Assembly (NCBI RefSeq): GCF_963921235.1
Contig: NC_086110.1
Span: 21,018,001 to 21,082,000 of the forward strand
Length of the DNA stretch: 64,000 nucleotides
Direction of reading: 5' to 3'
Source of the DNA: Mobula hypostoma
Taxonomy: Eukaryota
The notes below the pieces were generated by a model. It saw nothing but the letters and a program-made list of their open reading frames with translations. It was not told the origin of the DNA and ran no database searches. Each line of letters opens with the position of its first letter. Position 1 is the stretch's first letter. Below are positions 37,688 to 50,750 of this stretch, piece after piece. The position numbers and the translations under genes were made by a program.

Positions 37688-40600
37688 TTCCTGTACTTTT
37701 TAAAGCTGTATTGGATCCAGATCATTTTGTTCTTCTTTACACTTGTACCAAAGAATGGTGATAAACAATCTTGAATATTGAAAGAAATAAACTTTGATAA
37801 GCTGAGGGAGGCCCAGTCTGCTGGTTTGTCCTGCTCTGGGGAAGCGAGGCACTGGAAAATCCCAAACATTTCTGATCCTGGCTGTAACACCTCTCCTCCC
37901 CTCCATTACTTCATGAGCAATTCCCAAAATAAGTGCCTACAGTACCCATGCCTGCTCCTATCTCCAACGGATGAAAGCAATATTTCAGTTCAGAGCAACT
38001 GAATGATTTGAAGTTCACTTTATTCTACTGCCTACAGGGCATTGGATTAGCAACAGAGCTTCAGAATTCCTGCAGTCGAAAAGAGCAAATCTCCCCAATG
38101 CAGGGGGTGATGAGTGTAGGCCCAACTAAAATCCTGGGCTAATGTCAATAAAAGCAGACTAGAAACAAAGCAACTGTCTTATTTCATACAACACACATCA
38201 AAGTTGCTGGTGAACGCAGCAGGCCAAGCAGCAACTGTAGGAAGAGGTGCAGTCGACGTTTCAGGCCGAGATCCTTCGTCAGGACACGTCAGCAACTTTG
38301 ATGTGTGTTGCTTGAATTTCCAGCATCTGCAGAATTCCTGTTGTTTGCGTCTTATTTCATATGCAACTAAAATCCTGGGCTAATGTCAATAAAAGAAGAC
38401 TAGAAACGAAGCCACTGTCTTATTTCACATGTAGCCGTCACACAGCTGAACAGTGGAGTGGGTATCTGGAAAGGGCTGCAGAGTTCCAGAACAATGGTGT
38501 GTGAATCAGTTTGCCTTCTGCTATTGACAGAGCAGAATTTCTACTTCATGCACTATTTGATTAAAACTATTAATTAGCAACCCCACTTATTGGTAGCTTT
38601 ATCATCAGCACTTGAACAGGCATATATTCCAATGCTTGATGAAAATCAAAAGAACTGCAGAAGATGGAAAGGTGAAATCATAGCGGAAAATGTTGGAAAA
38701 ACTCATGGAGAGTGAGCTGTTCCCCTTTCCATTGGAAGGGGCCTGAGTTCCCAAGTTTCCAGCATGTTGGGTTTTTATTCAAATCCTTCTTCAGTCCAGA
38801 GATTACTTCATGACATGAAGTAAGTTCCTGACGAAGGGTCTCAGCCTGAAACGTCGACTGTCCCTCTTCCTAGAGATGCTGCCTGGCCTGCTGCGTTCAC
38901 CAGCAACTTTGGTGTGTGATGCTTGAAGTAAATTAACATGGGTCTAAGTCAAAGTTAAGTTTATGCCCAAGTGCATGTATAAGGGGTATGTTCCTGTCAC
39001 TGTCTGTAAGGAGTTTGCATGTTCTTCCCGTCACCGCTTGGCTTTCCTCTGGGTGCTCCGATTTCCTCCCACGTTCCAACATGCAGTTCATTAGCTCAAC
39101 AGGTCACATGGGTGCAGTTGGGCAGCGCAAGAAGGACCTGTTACCGTGCTGTGTCTCTGAATAAAAAGCAAACACGAGTGCAATGGAAAACTTGGTTGCA
39201 ACGGTGTCAAAGGGACAAGGCGAGACATACACAACATTCACAAGAAAAACGTAGATGATATAGGAAAGATCACAACTACAACAAAAATGCAATTGCAGGT
39301 CAAAGTGGTCATAGCTAGCATTTCTCTGCTGTGGTAGTGATTAGGGTTGTATGGGTTGGTTCCAGAACTGAATGGTTGAAGGGAAGTTGCTGTTTAAAAC
39401 TTCTAATAATTAGAGGAAAACCTGAGTTGGGCTCTGCTGAAGCAAACAGAATAGAGTTTCCTATTTTCCACTTTGCTGAAGTGTTGTGCAAGAAACCGGT
39501 TATTTACATAAGACAAGGTCACATGTATCCAGTTACCTGTTGGAAGCTTTCTCTCTGCAGCTATTTGATAACCTACGATACTGAATCTCTTGTGCTGTTA
39601 ACGAACCAATAAGTGTCGTTCCTTTCCAAACAGAAAGTTGCTAATCTGCTTCTTTTCTTATATATTTTGATTATTTGAAGACAAATAATGAGACATTATT
39701 TTTACACTTCCATAGTGTACATTGGTTGATGCAGTACATATGTGAGTTTTCCTTAGGTCTGCTGTGGAAAACTGGCAGAATTCCTGGGTTGAAAGGAATA
39801 TGAAATCAGCCGTGATGGACTGGTGGAGCTGACCATTTGGACTGAATTAGCCTAATTCTGCTCCTGTGTCTTATGGGCTTATGGTCACTCCCCTGAGAAA
39901 GTTCTATAGAATTTCTGCTCCACAACAAAACTTGTGAAAGCAAATATGTTTCCTTCAGTTTCTGAATCTCACTTGGTGCTCCGGTTAAAAGTTTGGATAA
40001 AAAGGAAGGAACTACAGTTTCTGTTTACTGCTTTTTGACAGAATGCCTGCAGGCATAAAGAATCAAGAGAGAGACAGCAAAGGGGACAACACTATCATTC
40101 AAACCCAAAAATCAACATCTTTGTTTTCTGCCCTTTAACCATTGTTTTACCTATCCTTTGTGCTCCCTTGTGTACCGTGCATTTCTGTTTTGTAAACAAG
40201 CCTGGTTCTTAAAGCGATAAATGTGAAAATAGTTCTTAAAGCAGTAAAGTCAAACACAGTTCTTAAAATGGTAAATTCGAAAGTCCAACAGATTTATACA
40301 TTCAATTGGGAGGGACTTCTCTGGAGAAGGATTTCTTCATAGACGCGACTTTCCTGCTGGTTCTGTCCAAAGGATTCATACTGAAGGAAATAAACGGCTT
40401 AAAACAACTGACCTTAATTTCTAAAGAGCAAATTCTGCATGAACTACCTTTCTCCTTTGGCAAGAGTTATCTCGATGCAGGTCGCTACTTCTTCAACGAA
40501 GACTCAATAAGGTCGATCCTTTATTAAACTGACGAACGATACCACCTTCTCTTAATCCTTCAATCCTGTACTTCGATGAAGTCTTCACTCTCCAATACTA

Positions 40601-41083
40601 CTGAAAAGGTACATTAACAAATCTGGCAAAAAGGGTAAACTGCCAATTCAGCACTATTGTACCTTGCAACAGAACGTAACACTCCATTTTAAAAATGAAA
40701 CTGCATCATAAAAACAAATACACAACAGAACGGAGACATTGACAAACGTTCTAGTTGGAAAACTAATAACTAACTGCGTCACCAGAGATCTTCCCTTTTA
40801 TACTCGTGGTGCACATGTCATCACATGACCTCATATCGGCGGGAAAATTACATCAGGTGACCTCCAAAAGACCATTACATCATTCTCACAAGATCACCTT
40901 GAGGTATGTAACAACTCCTCCAAAAAAAAGAGTTGGTCCCTTAAGGAACAAAACTTTAACAATTAACAATTTACACAAAAATATACAAAGGTATAAAATT
41001 TACAACGTACACAATATATACAGTCTTATCTTTCAGCACTTTACAAACTAATTTACAGCATGAGTGTTACAAATGTTAAAATA
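37688..41083 (-). repeat. Inverted duplicate of about 6936-10795 (Gypsy PPT/LTR plus unique sequence)
   Basis: Near-identical ORF-track peptides on opposite strands (9108-9383 vs 39331-39612; 7490-7711 vs 40306-40527); lacks the Rex1 insert. Confidence 0.92.
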
Positions 41084-42754
41084 AGATTTTTTTTCTCTTT
41101 CAGAAGGTCATGAGTTTCCAGGACCTTCTACCTTAAACAGCATTGGAAACAGAGTTTTGTAATATTTTTAAGGCAGTGTTAGATAGATTTTTGGTAAGCC
41201 AAAGTCTAAAAGGTTACTGCAGGTAGGGTCATTCAGATTAGCCATAATCATAAGGAATGGTAGACAATATCAAAAGGCCAAGTGGCTTACAAGTGCTCCT
41301 GATTTGTTTACGTGTAAGTATTCTTGGTACTATATTAGGTGAATCTAAGCACCTATTAAAATGGAAGTCAAATGAAAATCAGAACTGTAAGGACATTTTC
41401 TCACACATACAGGGTATGATAAATATTATGCATGAATTTTATGTAAGAAAGCTAACTTTCCTTATAAATATCATTCTTTGTTATTTATGACACTCCCACT
41501 GTGTGAAACCCAGGGGTTCATGTCATCAGAAACATACAGCACCCAAAAATAATCTCTAAAAAATGTAATTCAATCCAAGGCAGTCATCTAGATCTCTCCA
41601 GCTTCACACTGCATGTGAGAGTAGAGCAAGTTTCCAGCTCAGTTCCCTGACCGGGAGAAAGAGAGAACTCAGAGGGCCACGAGTGAGGTACATTAAAGGT
41701 TTGGGAAAAGACGTTGAAAGTGCTTTGAAGAAAGTGTCACCAATAAGTTAATGTGAGACTTCAGTGAGATTGTTGAGGCTGATCATTTTAGGCCTGTATG
41801 GCAACAGTACGTTTAATTCTGATTCTCAAAGACACCTGCACTTCATTAGGTTTGCATCCAGTCACTTCCAGTAATTCCGCCCCCCTCCACTTTCTCCCTT
41901 TTTCGCATTCCCCATTTTGACTCCCCTCTTCTCTTAATCTGCCCATCCCCTCCTCCTGGTGCCCCTCCTCCTTCGCATTCCCATGTCCACTCTCCTCTTC
42001 AATCCGATACCTTCTCCTACTGCCCTTTGCCTTATCCACTTACCACCTCCGAACTCCTCACTTCATTCCCGCCCTCCACCACCCACCTTCCCCCTCACCT
42101 TGGCTTCGCCTATCACCTTTTAGCTTGTACTCCTTCCCCACCTTCTCATTTGGCTTCTTCCCCCTTCCTTTCCAATCCTGATGAAGGGTCTCAGCCTGAA
42201 AGATCGACTCTTTATTCCCCTCCATAGATGCTGCCTGACCTACTGAGATGCTTCAGCATTTTGTGTGTGTTGCTAGGTGACTGTATACTGTATGTCTCCG
42301 GAGAGTTTAGCACTTACCAGGGCTGAGGCCGGCTGATTTGGTCTTCCAGAACAATCTTTGTATTTTTCTTACTGGATCAACAAATGGGGGTGGATCGGAG
42401 CTTCACTGAATGTGAAGACACTGATGCTCGGAACACAGCCACTGAACTGCATTGACCTGTGCAAGTGTTTGCCGGCAACTCATTGTGATCAAGTGCTAGA
42501 ATGCAGAGAGCTGAGAAGTTATGTGTCAAAGACCATATGTGCCTTATTTGCATTTGTTTAAGATATTTGCCATTTTTCCAGAGTTTGCACAACCTTGTAT
42601 AATATTTGTTTCCTTTGAAAAGGAACAAGGAACATATGCTGTTATTAACTTTTGCACACAGAGCATTTTTTTATTCATGACTTTGAAGTATAAAGTTCAT
42701 GGCAACTAGACCCTATAAAACCAATCATCAGTCTCTTAAAGAATGTTATAAGCT

Positions 42755-42953
42755 TGCTGGGCACGTGGACTCAAGGTCGCTAGTTCGAATCTCAACTGTG
42801 GCAGTGTGTTTGTGCCCTTGAGCAAGACACGTAATCACACATTGCTCTAGTCTGTGCGAGCAGTGGCGCCCCACACAGACTTCCAATCTGAGCCTTGTAA
42901 GGCATGAAAATGCCCGACACAGGCCTCTCATGGTCTGAGTCGACGTTCCCCCC
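42755..42953 (+). mobile_element. tRNA-derived SINE inserted in the ctrb-C 5'UTR
   Basis: 199 bp, B box AGTTCGAATCT, TSD TAAGCT (42749-42754 / 42954-42959); absent in A and B. Confidence 0.85.
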
Positions 42954-43191
42954 TAAGCTCACCATGGTGTTTCTGTGGCTTCTCTCCTGCTCCGCTTTCT
43001 TTGGAGTCACTTATGGTAATATCACTTGAAATTAGAATTCTACTTTTAACCATTGGAACGGAGGGTGCCGTGTTGAATGCAATTGGCAACATCTACATAG
43101 AGCAACTGCTTCTCTCCACCCAGGTGCAGGCTGCGGATCTCCACCCATCACCCCGGTTCTGTCAGGCTACAGTCGAATTGTTAATGGTGAA

Positions 43192-44435
43192 CAATCAGCA
43201 GCCATGGGCTCTTCTCAGCAGCTGCCTAGAACTCTGAAAATTAAAATAAATGATGCCCACGAAGCAGGAGAGGGCTATAAGAAGATAGCAAAGCATTTTC
43301 AGGTAGCCGTTTCCTCAGTTCGTAATGTAATTAAGAAATGGCAGTTAACAGGAACGGTGGAGGTCAAGTTGAGGTCTGGAAGACCAAGAAAACTTTCCAA
43401 GAGAACTGCTTGTAGGATTGCTAGAAAGGCAAATCAAAACCCCCATTTGACGGCAAAAGACCTTCAGGAAGATTTAGCAGACTCTGGAGTGGTGGTACAC
43501 TGTTCTACTGTGCAGCAACACCTGCACAGATATGACCCTCAAGGAAGAAAAACTTTCCTGCGTCCTCACCACAAAATTCAGTGTCAGAAGCTTGCAAAGG
43601 AACATCTAAACAAGCCTGATGCATTTTGAAAACAAGTCCTGTGGACTGATGAAGTTAAAATAGAACTTTTTGGCCGCAATGAGCAAAGGTATGTTTGGAG
43701 AAAAAAGGGTGCAGAATTTCATGAAAACAACACCTCTCCAACAGTTAAGCACGGGGGTAGATCGATCACGTTTTAGGCTTGTGTTGCAGCCAGTGGCACG
43801 GGGAACATTTCACTGGTAGAGGGAAGAATGAATTCAATTAAATACCAGCAAATTCTGGAAGTAAACGTCATACCATCTGTAAAAAAGCTGAAGATGAAAA
43901 GAGGATGGTTTCTATAACAGGATAATGATTCTAAACGCACCTCAAAATCCACAATGGACTACCTGAAGAGGCACAAGCTGAAGGTTTTGCCATGGCCCTC
44001 ACAGTCCCCTGACCTAAACATCTTCGAAAAACTGTGGATAGACCTCAAAAGAGCAGTGCATGTAAGACGGCCCAAGAATCTCACAGAACTACAAGCCTTT
44101 TGCAAGGAAGAATGGGTGAAAATCCCCCAAACAAGAATTGAAAGACTCTTAGCTGGCTACAGAAAGCGTTTACAAGTTGTGACACTTGCCAAAGGGGGTG
44201 TTACTAAGTACTGACCAGGCAGGGTGCCCAAACCTTTGTTTCAGGCCCTTTTCCTTTTTTTGTTATTTTGAAACTGTAAAAGATGGAAATAAAAAAGTAA
44301 TCTTGTTTAAAATATTAAAGAAATGTGTCATCTCTAACTTCATGCCTTTTGGAAATCAGGTCATCTTTTACTCGCTTAGCTATTCACAGTAACAGAAATT
44401 TTGACCAGGGTTGCCCAAACTTTTGCATACCACTG
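43192..44435 (+). mobile_element. Tc1-family (IR/DR type) DNA transposon, left end deleted, transposase with nonsense codons
   Basis: PAI/RED domain with SGRPRK; WTDEVK, QDND and SPDLNIFE catalytic motifs (43204-44214). Right IR about 44215-44435 has two direct repeats (AGGGT(T)GCCCAAAC), ends CACTG and is followed by TA. Confidence 0.93.
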
Positions 44436-46128
44436 TATTTAGAGAGACAACACAGAATAGGCCCTTCCAGCCCTTCGAGCCACATTGCCCAGCAACACTG
44501 GATTTGACCCTAACCTAATCACTAGACTCACCGGCTGGTGGCATAGTGGCATCATTGCTGGACTTCAGCGCAAAGGGTCCCGAGTTCGAATCCAGCCGGC
44601 TCCCTTGCACGCTTTGCATCCATGCTGGGTTGAACGTCGAGCTAGCAACTTGGCCTTGTAAAAATATGAAAGCCTTAGAACTGTTGAAATTGCTACAAAA
44701 GGCCAGATAATTCTGTATTTATATTGCATCCTGTTTGGTTAATAGACACAGTAATGGGCAATACTTGCTGCTCTTTGCTCAAAAGGGGAAGTCATATGAA
44801 GAGCTTTCTCTGCTCATCCCTGTTCCACAGATTAAAAAGTAAATATGTTTGCATTCCAGTTTTAAAAAAACAGGATTATTTTCTTTAAATAATCCTGTTT
44901 TGCTTTCAGTCACCACAACTCTCAAAAAAATTATCTATTTTCCTAATTTTGAATATTAGAGAGGTTTTCCTGAAGTGTCTTTAATTGAACTCAGTACCGT
45001 TGTTTGGGGTGCACAGTTTCCCTCTCTGTCCCACCCAGTCTACTCTCTTTCACTCTCTCCCTCTCTCTCTCTCTTTCTCACCCTCTCTCTCTGTCTCACT
45101 CTCACTCTCTCGCACTCTCTTTCTCACCCTCTCTCTCTGTCTCTCTTGTTTCTGTTTTATCTGTCCTAATATATGTTTGTCTGTTTTTATTTAACAAGCT
45201 TCACGTGAATTACTTTCTTAAAACCTTGATGTAATATGTACTTTCTACAATATGCTACTAAATCACTATTTATCTTCAACAAATCCAAGCTGGTTATTCT
45301 TAATTAATGTATTTTTGAATTCTTACTAATTGTGGGAAATTATAGATTCTCAGAGCTGATCCTTAAATGTCCTCATACCAGTTGGTTTATGATTATTTGG
45401 CCTATCTTTCTCTATCCTTTGATTAGTAATTCTCCAGTGCTAAATCGCAATTTGAACACTAAGATTACATTATCCTCCTTTACAAATTATTTCAACTGCA
45501 TGGAGCTTCTTGATTCCTTCATTTTAGAACTGCTCCCTTCCTGCAGTGACATATCCCTCTGTGTAGCATCCAGATTCTCATTCCATTAGTACTTGCATCA
45601 TATAATCCAGTGCTTAATATCTTGCTGCCATTTCATCTTGCACAATTCATCTCCGTCTCTCCTCTCACATTGGTTCCAGGCTCTCTTTACTTTAAATATT
45701 CTTCAAGAAAATATCTTATATCCCCATAAACTTCCTTACATTATCTTTTATTCATTTTTCAAACTCCCTTTAAGCAATTCTTATCCAACTTTTCAGATTT
45801 CCACATCATTTTCTAAATCCCACTTAACTGTTCTTGGTATTACAGTATTAGCCTTATTTCTAATCATATGTTACATTTAAAATTAAAGTTTAGTTTTACA
45901 GTAGTTATTTATTGCAGCTTTAGAACTTTGCTCTTCAACGAATTTCTTTGAATTCATGATCCAATGACGTTTGATAACTTCCTTGTTATATTATGAGTCT
46001 TGCTTCCTTTTACTCAATTTGCAATCTGGAGTCACTGTCAACTTTCAATAAAACTACTTCTGTATGGTGGAGAAAAACTTAAGATGCTTTTATGGTAATA
46101 CTGAGCACCCTTTTTCCTCGTGTAACAG

Positions 46129-46208
46129 ACTGATTCTGGTTGGCATTTCTGCGGCGGTTCCTTGATCAATGAAAACTGGGTTGTCACCGCTGCACATTGT
46201 GAAGTGAG
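46129..46208 (+). pseudogene. ctrb: ctrb-C exon 3
   Basis: [26 protein letters not shown]. Confidence 0.9.
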
Positions 46209-46532
46209 GTAAGCCTTAACGCCTACAAAGAGAGAAAGAAATGTGCTGGTGAATCATTCTCTAATTCCTGAGGGATGATGCAGCTTTAACTGATATTTTT
46301 GTTCAAAGTTATATATGAGGCAAAGAAAAGTTGCTCTTGTGGGCATGAACATTGACCTAATGAGGGAAGATCCTTGCATGAATAGTTTGGGAAATCGTTG
46401 ACTGGAAAGTACAATTTTCCCTCAACCCCCAGCCACCCCCCCTCCCCCCACCACTGATGAATCTTGGAGTTGCTGGTATCTTGCAACAAGCAAACTCTGT
46501 CACTGCTTTTGTTTTTCTTTTGTCACATACAG

Positions 46533-46614
46533 TACGAACGACTTTGCTATTGTTGGTGCCTATGACAAAAGCTCAAAAGCTGAAGCCAGCCAGAAATCCA
46601 TGTCCATTGCTAAG
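46533..46614 (+). pseudogene. ctrb: ctrb-C exon 4
   Basis: [27 protein letters not shown]. Confidence 0.85.
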
Positions 46615-47962
46615 GTACGTACCTCCCTGTAAAACTAGGAATTTGTTTGAATTCAGGTCAAATTTGGGCTACAGTACAGTTAGGATCCAAAATGATGTGC
46701 AGAGATGGATGCCATACAGACAGGACACAGGATCTTAGTAAGGGGTGTCCATTACCGAAAGTGGTTTCAATCTCCAATATGAATATGCCTCACCATGATA
46801 AACTTCATAGCACCAAGAATAGAATCACGAGATATTGATAACAAGCAAAAGCAAGAATTATTTCAGGTGCTGCTGAAGATGATAAAAGATTGTTACATAT
46901 CACTTCCCTCAGGCGTTGGGGCCCCAGTTTCAATCAGATTAATTTTCCTCTGCACTAGCCCCAATACCCTGACACATGGGCCTTCCAGCAATAAATGTTA
47001 CTTGCAGTGTAGTAAGTGAAAAGACAAACTCAGTCATAAGGACAAACATGAAGCAAACAGATTAGACATTTCATGTTGGAATGCATGGCATAGAGTGGCC
47101 ATTGATCCTGGCGTCCTGTTCACTAAGGGTTGCCTGTAAAGCCCATCAGGGAATTTGATAATGTGTGGGTTGGTATAAGGTCCAGTCTTTGGGCTGTATG
47201 CCAGAATGCCAGTGTCTATATGACTGCACACACGGTAATGTTTGAACCTCTCTGTCCTGATAGCTGGACTGGCACCCTTTTCTCTACATGATTTGCCCTT
47301 TGTCTCCTTGTCCTAGATAAGGTTGGTGTATCAACAGATTACCAACGATTGCTTAATTCTTTGCAAAGCTGAACCATTTTGAGTCAATGATTTGGGATTG
47401 ATTGCTGACACTTCTGAATGATGTTTGCATCTTCTTTTTGTCTTCTGACCATCGTTGTGTTCTGGTGTCGAGTGGTTTGCAAGAAGTTCATTAGCATTTG
47501 AGACAGATGTAGATGCAATGAGAAATTGTTGTCTATTGTGCTGAGGTGATTGCTGTTTTGCTCATATAGAGTTTAGAAATGAGCACATGAACTGCTGGCT
47601 TGATCGAAGTGTCTAGGCAACTGAAAAAAACTAATTATCCCAAAAAAGTTAATCAAATTCGGAAAGGAAAAACTGAAGATGTTTTATGCAAGACGACAGC
47701 ACCAGTGTAATGGTAAACCACAGAATGCAGCCACTTATTTCCACTTCCAGCTTGTAAGTCTATCTATTTTTCTTTAAATTGCTGACTTTGTTTTCTAATG
47801 AAGGGCTTTTGAATTCTATTTTGAAGAAGCAATTCCCCATTCATGAGTGCAGCTCCATTGACATGAAATCCAGGAGAGTCTGAAGTTATCGGTCTCAAGC
47901 AAGTGCCAACTGTAAAAGATGAGTACTAGGCACAGCCGTCATCCATGTTCTCTCTGTTACAG

Positions 47963-48143
47963 GTCATTACACACCCCAAGTGGAACCCATCCACCATTAA
48001 TTATGATGTTTCTGTGGTGAAGCTTGCAACCCCCGTTCAGTTCAACAGTCATGTGTCGCCAGTCTGTCTCGCCGCTGTATCTGATAACTACCCAGAGGGC
48101 ATGATGTGTGTCACAACGGGATGGGGAAGGACTCGTGCTTATC
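47963..48143 (+). pseudogene. ctrb: ctrb-C exon 5
   Basis: [21 protein letters not shown]...GWGRTRAY. Confidence 0.9.
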
Positions 48144-48369
48144 GTATGTCAGTTCAAAACTTTACAAATTACAGTGTTGCAGTTCCGAGCTCTGTGCCTT
48201 TATACCCTTACCCTGACAGGGAGCAGTGGATAGATTCCCAAGATGATTGGCAATCTGGAAGGTTATGCTATGAATAATACTTCATGGCTGCAACAAGTTT
48301 CTCTGGTCAAGGAACAGGATAATTCTGTTCATCAGAGGGATATTGTGGGCTTCTACAACTGATCCAGTG

Positions 48370-50750
48370 ATAGGGTGTTCACATTGTCATATAGATTGGA
48401 AATGGGTCTTTCTGCCCAATTGGTCCAAGCAGACTAAGGTACCCCATCCAATCTAGTGCCATTTGCTAATGTTTGGCCCATAACATTCTAAACCTTTCCA
48501 ATCCACAGACTCATAGCCTTCTAATTCTTTCAAAACCATAGACCCATAATCTAACTCTTTCCAATCCATGGACCCATAACCTTCTAAACCTTTCTGATCC
48601 ATGGACCCATATCCTTCTATTCCTTTCCAATCCATGGTCCCATAACCTTCAAAACCTCTTTAATGCATGCATCATAACTTTCTAATCCTTTCCAATTCAG
48701 GTACCTGTCCAACTGTCTTTTAAAAGTTGTCATTTTATTTGCCTTACCACTTCTGGTAGCTGATTCTGCATAGATACCACCCTTTGTGGAACAAAAAAGG
48801 TTGTCCCTCAAGTTTCTTTGAGATCTTTCCACCCTCACCTTAAACCTACGCCCTCTTGGTCTTGATGTCCCAACTCTGGGAAAAAAGACAGAATACATTC
48901 ACCCTATCTTTGCCACTCATGATTTTATACCTCTCTATAAGATCATCTTCAGTCCTCTATGCTCTAAGGAATAAAGTACTAGCCTCTTCAACCTCTCCCT
49001 ATAATTCAGTTATTCAAATCCTGGCAACATCGTTATAAATCCTTTTCACACTTCTTCCAGTCTAACAACACCTTTACTACAGCAAGGCGACCAAAAATGA
49101 ATACAATATTCCAAAAGCAGTCTTACCAGCGTCCAGTACAACCACAACATGACATGACTTCCCAACTTCTCTACTCATTGGCCTGAGAGATAAAGGCCAG
49201 TACAAACAAAGCCTTCTTCACCTCCTCGTCTACCTGTGACTTTCACTCTGTTCTACACCACTCCCCAGTGCCCTGCCATTCACTGTGAAAATCCTACCTG
49301 GATTTGACTTTCCAAAATATAGCACTTCATATTTATCTGAATTCAATCTAATTTTCCACTTTTTGCCCCATTTACCCAGTTGATCAAGATCTCCTGTAAT
49401 TTTTGATAACCCTTTTCCATTGTCCACTATACCATCTGCTTTAATGTTGAATGCAGACTTATTAACCATGCCTTGCAGATTATTATCCAAATCATTGATA
49501 AACAATGGGCTGAGCACAGCCCCTGAGGCACTCCATTTGTCATGTGTTTCTAGTCCAATAAGCAACCTTCTACCATCACCCTTTGCTTTCTACCATCAAG
49601 ACAATCATGTATCCAATTAGCCAGCTCTCTCTGCATTCTATGTAATCTCACCTTCTGGAGCAGCCTACCATGTGGAACCTTATCAAAGGCCTCACTGAAT
49701 TCCATATAAACTAGATCTACCACCCTCCCCTCATAGACTTTCTATGACACATACTCAATCAAGTTCGTAAGACATGATCTCCCATGCACAAAACCATACT
49801 GACCTAATCAATCCCTGACTTTCCAGATTGACATACATTTTGTCTCTCAGAATCCTTTCCAGTAACTGACAGATGTTAGACCTACTGCTTTATAGTTCCC
49901 AGGTTTTTCTTTGCCCCCTTCTTAAATAAAGGCACAACATTTGCTACTCTCTGTCTACTGTCTCCTCAGTTGTGGCTAACGATGATGCAAATATCTCAGA
50001 CAAGGCTCCCACAATTTCTTCTCTAGTTTCCCATAGTATTCTTTGATAAACTTGGTCAAACCTGTTGATTTGTCTACTTTCCTACCTTTTAAGTCATACA
50101 GCACCCTTCTACTGTAATGCAGACTATCCCTAAGACAACTCCATTTAAATTTCCTAGTTGTTAAGTTTTCATGCAACTCTCAATGGGAAAAAAAAAACAG
50201 AGGAGAGATATTCATTAAGGACTTTGCCTGCCTCCTGTGGCTCCACACAAAGATATGTCTCTGTGATCTTTGAGGGGCCTTATTCTGTTTCTACGTTAAT
50301 ATACTTATACAATCTCTGTAGAATTTTGTTAATATTCTCTGTCAAAGTTCCCTCACGCCCCCTGTTTGCCCTATATCCCTCCAGAGATTTACTTGATCCC
50401 AGCTGCTTGTACCTAACCCATGCCTCCTTTTCTCCAGGGTCAGGGCCTCAATATCCCTCATTATCCAAGGTTCCATACTCCTGCCTGCCTAGCCCTACAC
50501 TCTAACAGGAACATGCAGGTTTTGAGCTCTCACTAGATCACATTTAAAAGACTCCCACTTACCTGTGGGCTCTGTGCCAATAAACTACCTACTCCAAACA
50601 ATCGTTGCATCCTCCTGTCTCATACTGTTAAAATTATTCTTGCCCCAGCTTAGAACTTGAACCTGTGGACCAGTTCTGTCCCTTTCCATAACCCTTTAAT
50701 AACTAATAGAACTATAGTCACTGGTCCCTAATTGCTCCCTCAGTGTCTCC
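48370..50750 (-). mobile_element. Degenerate CR1 LINE in ctrb-C intron 5
   Basis: GAVLSPLFINDLD RT remnant. Confidence 0.8.
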
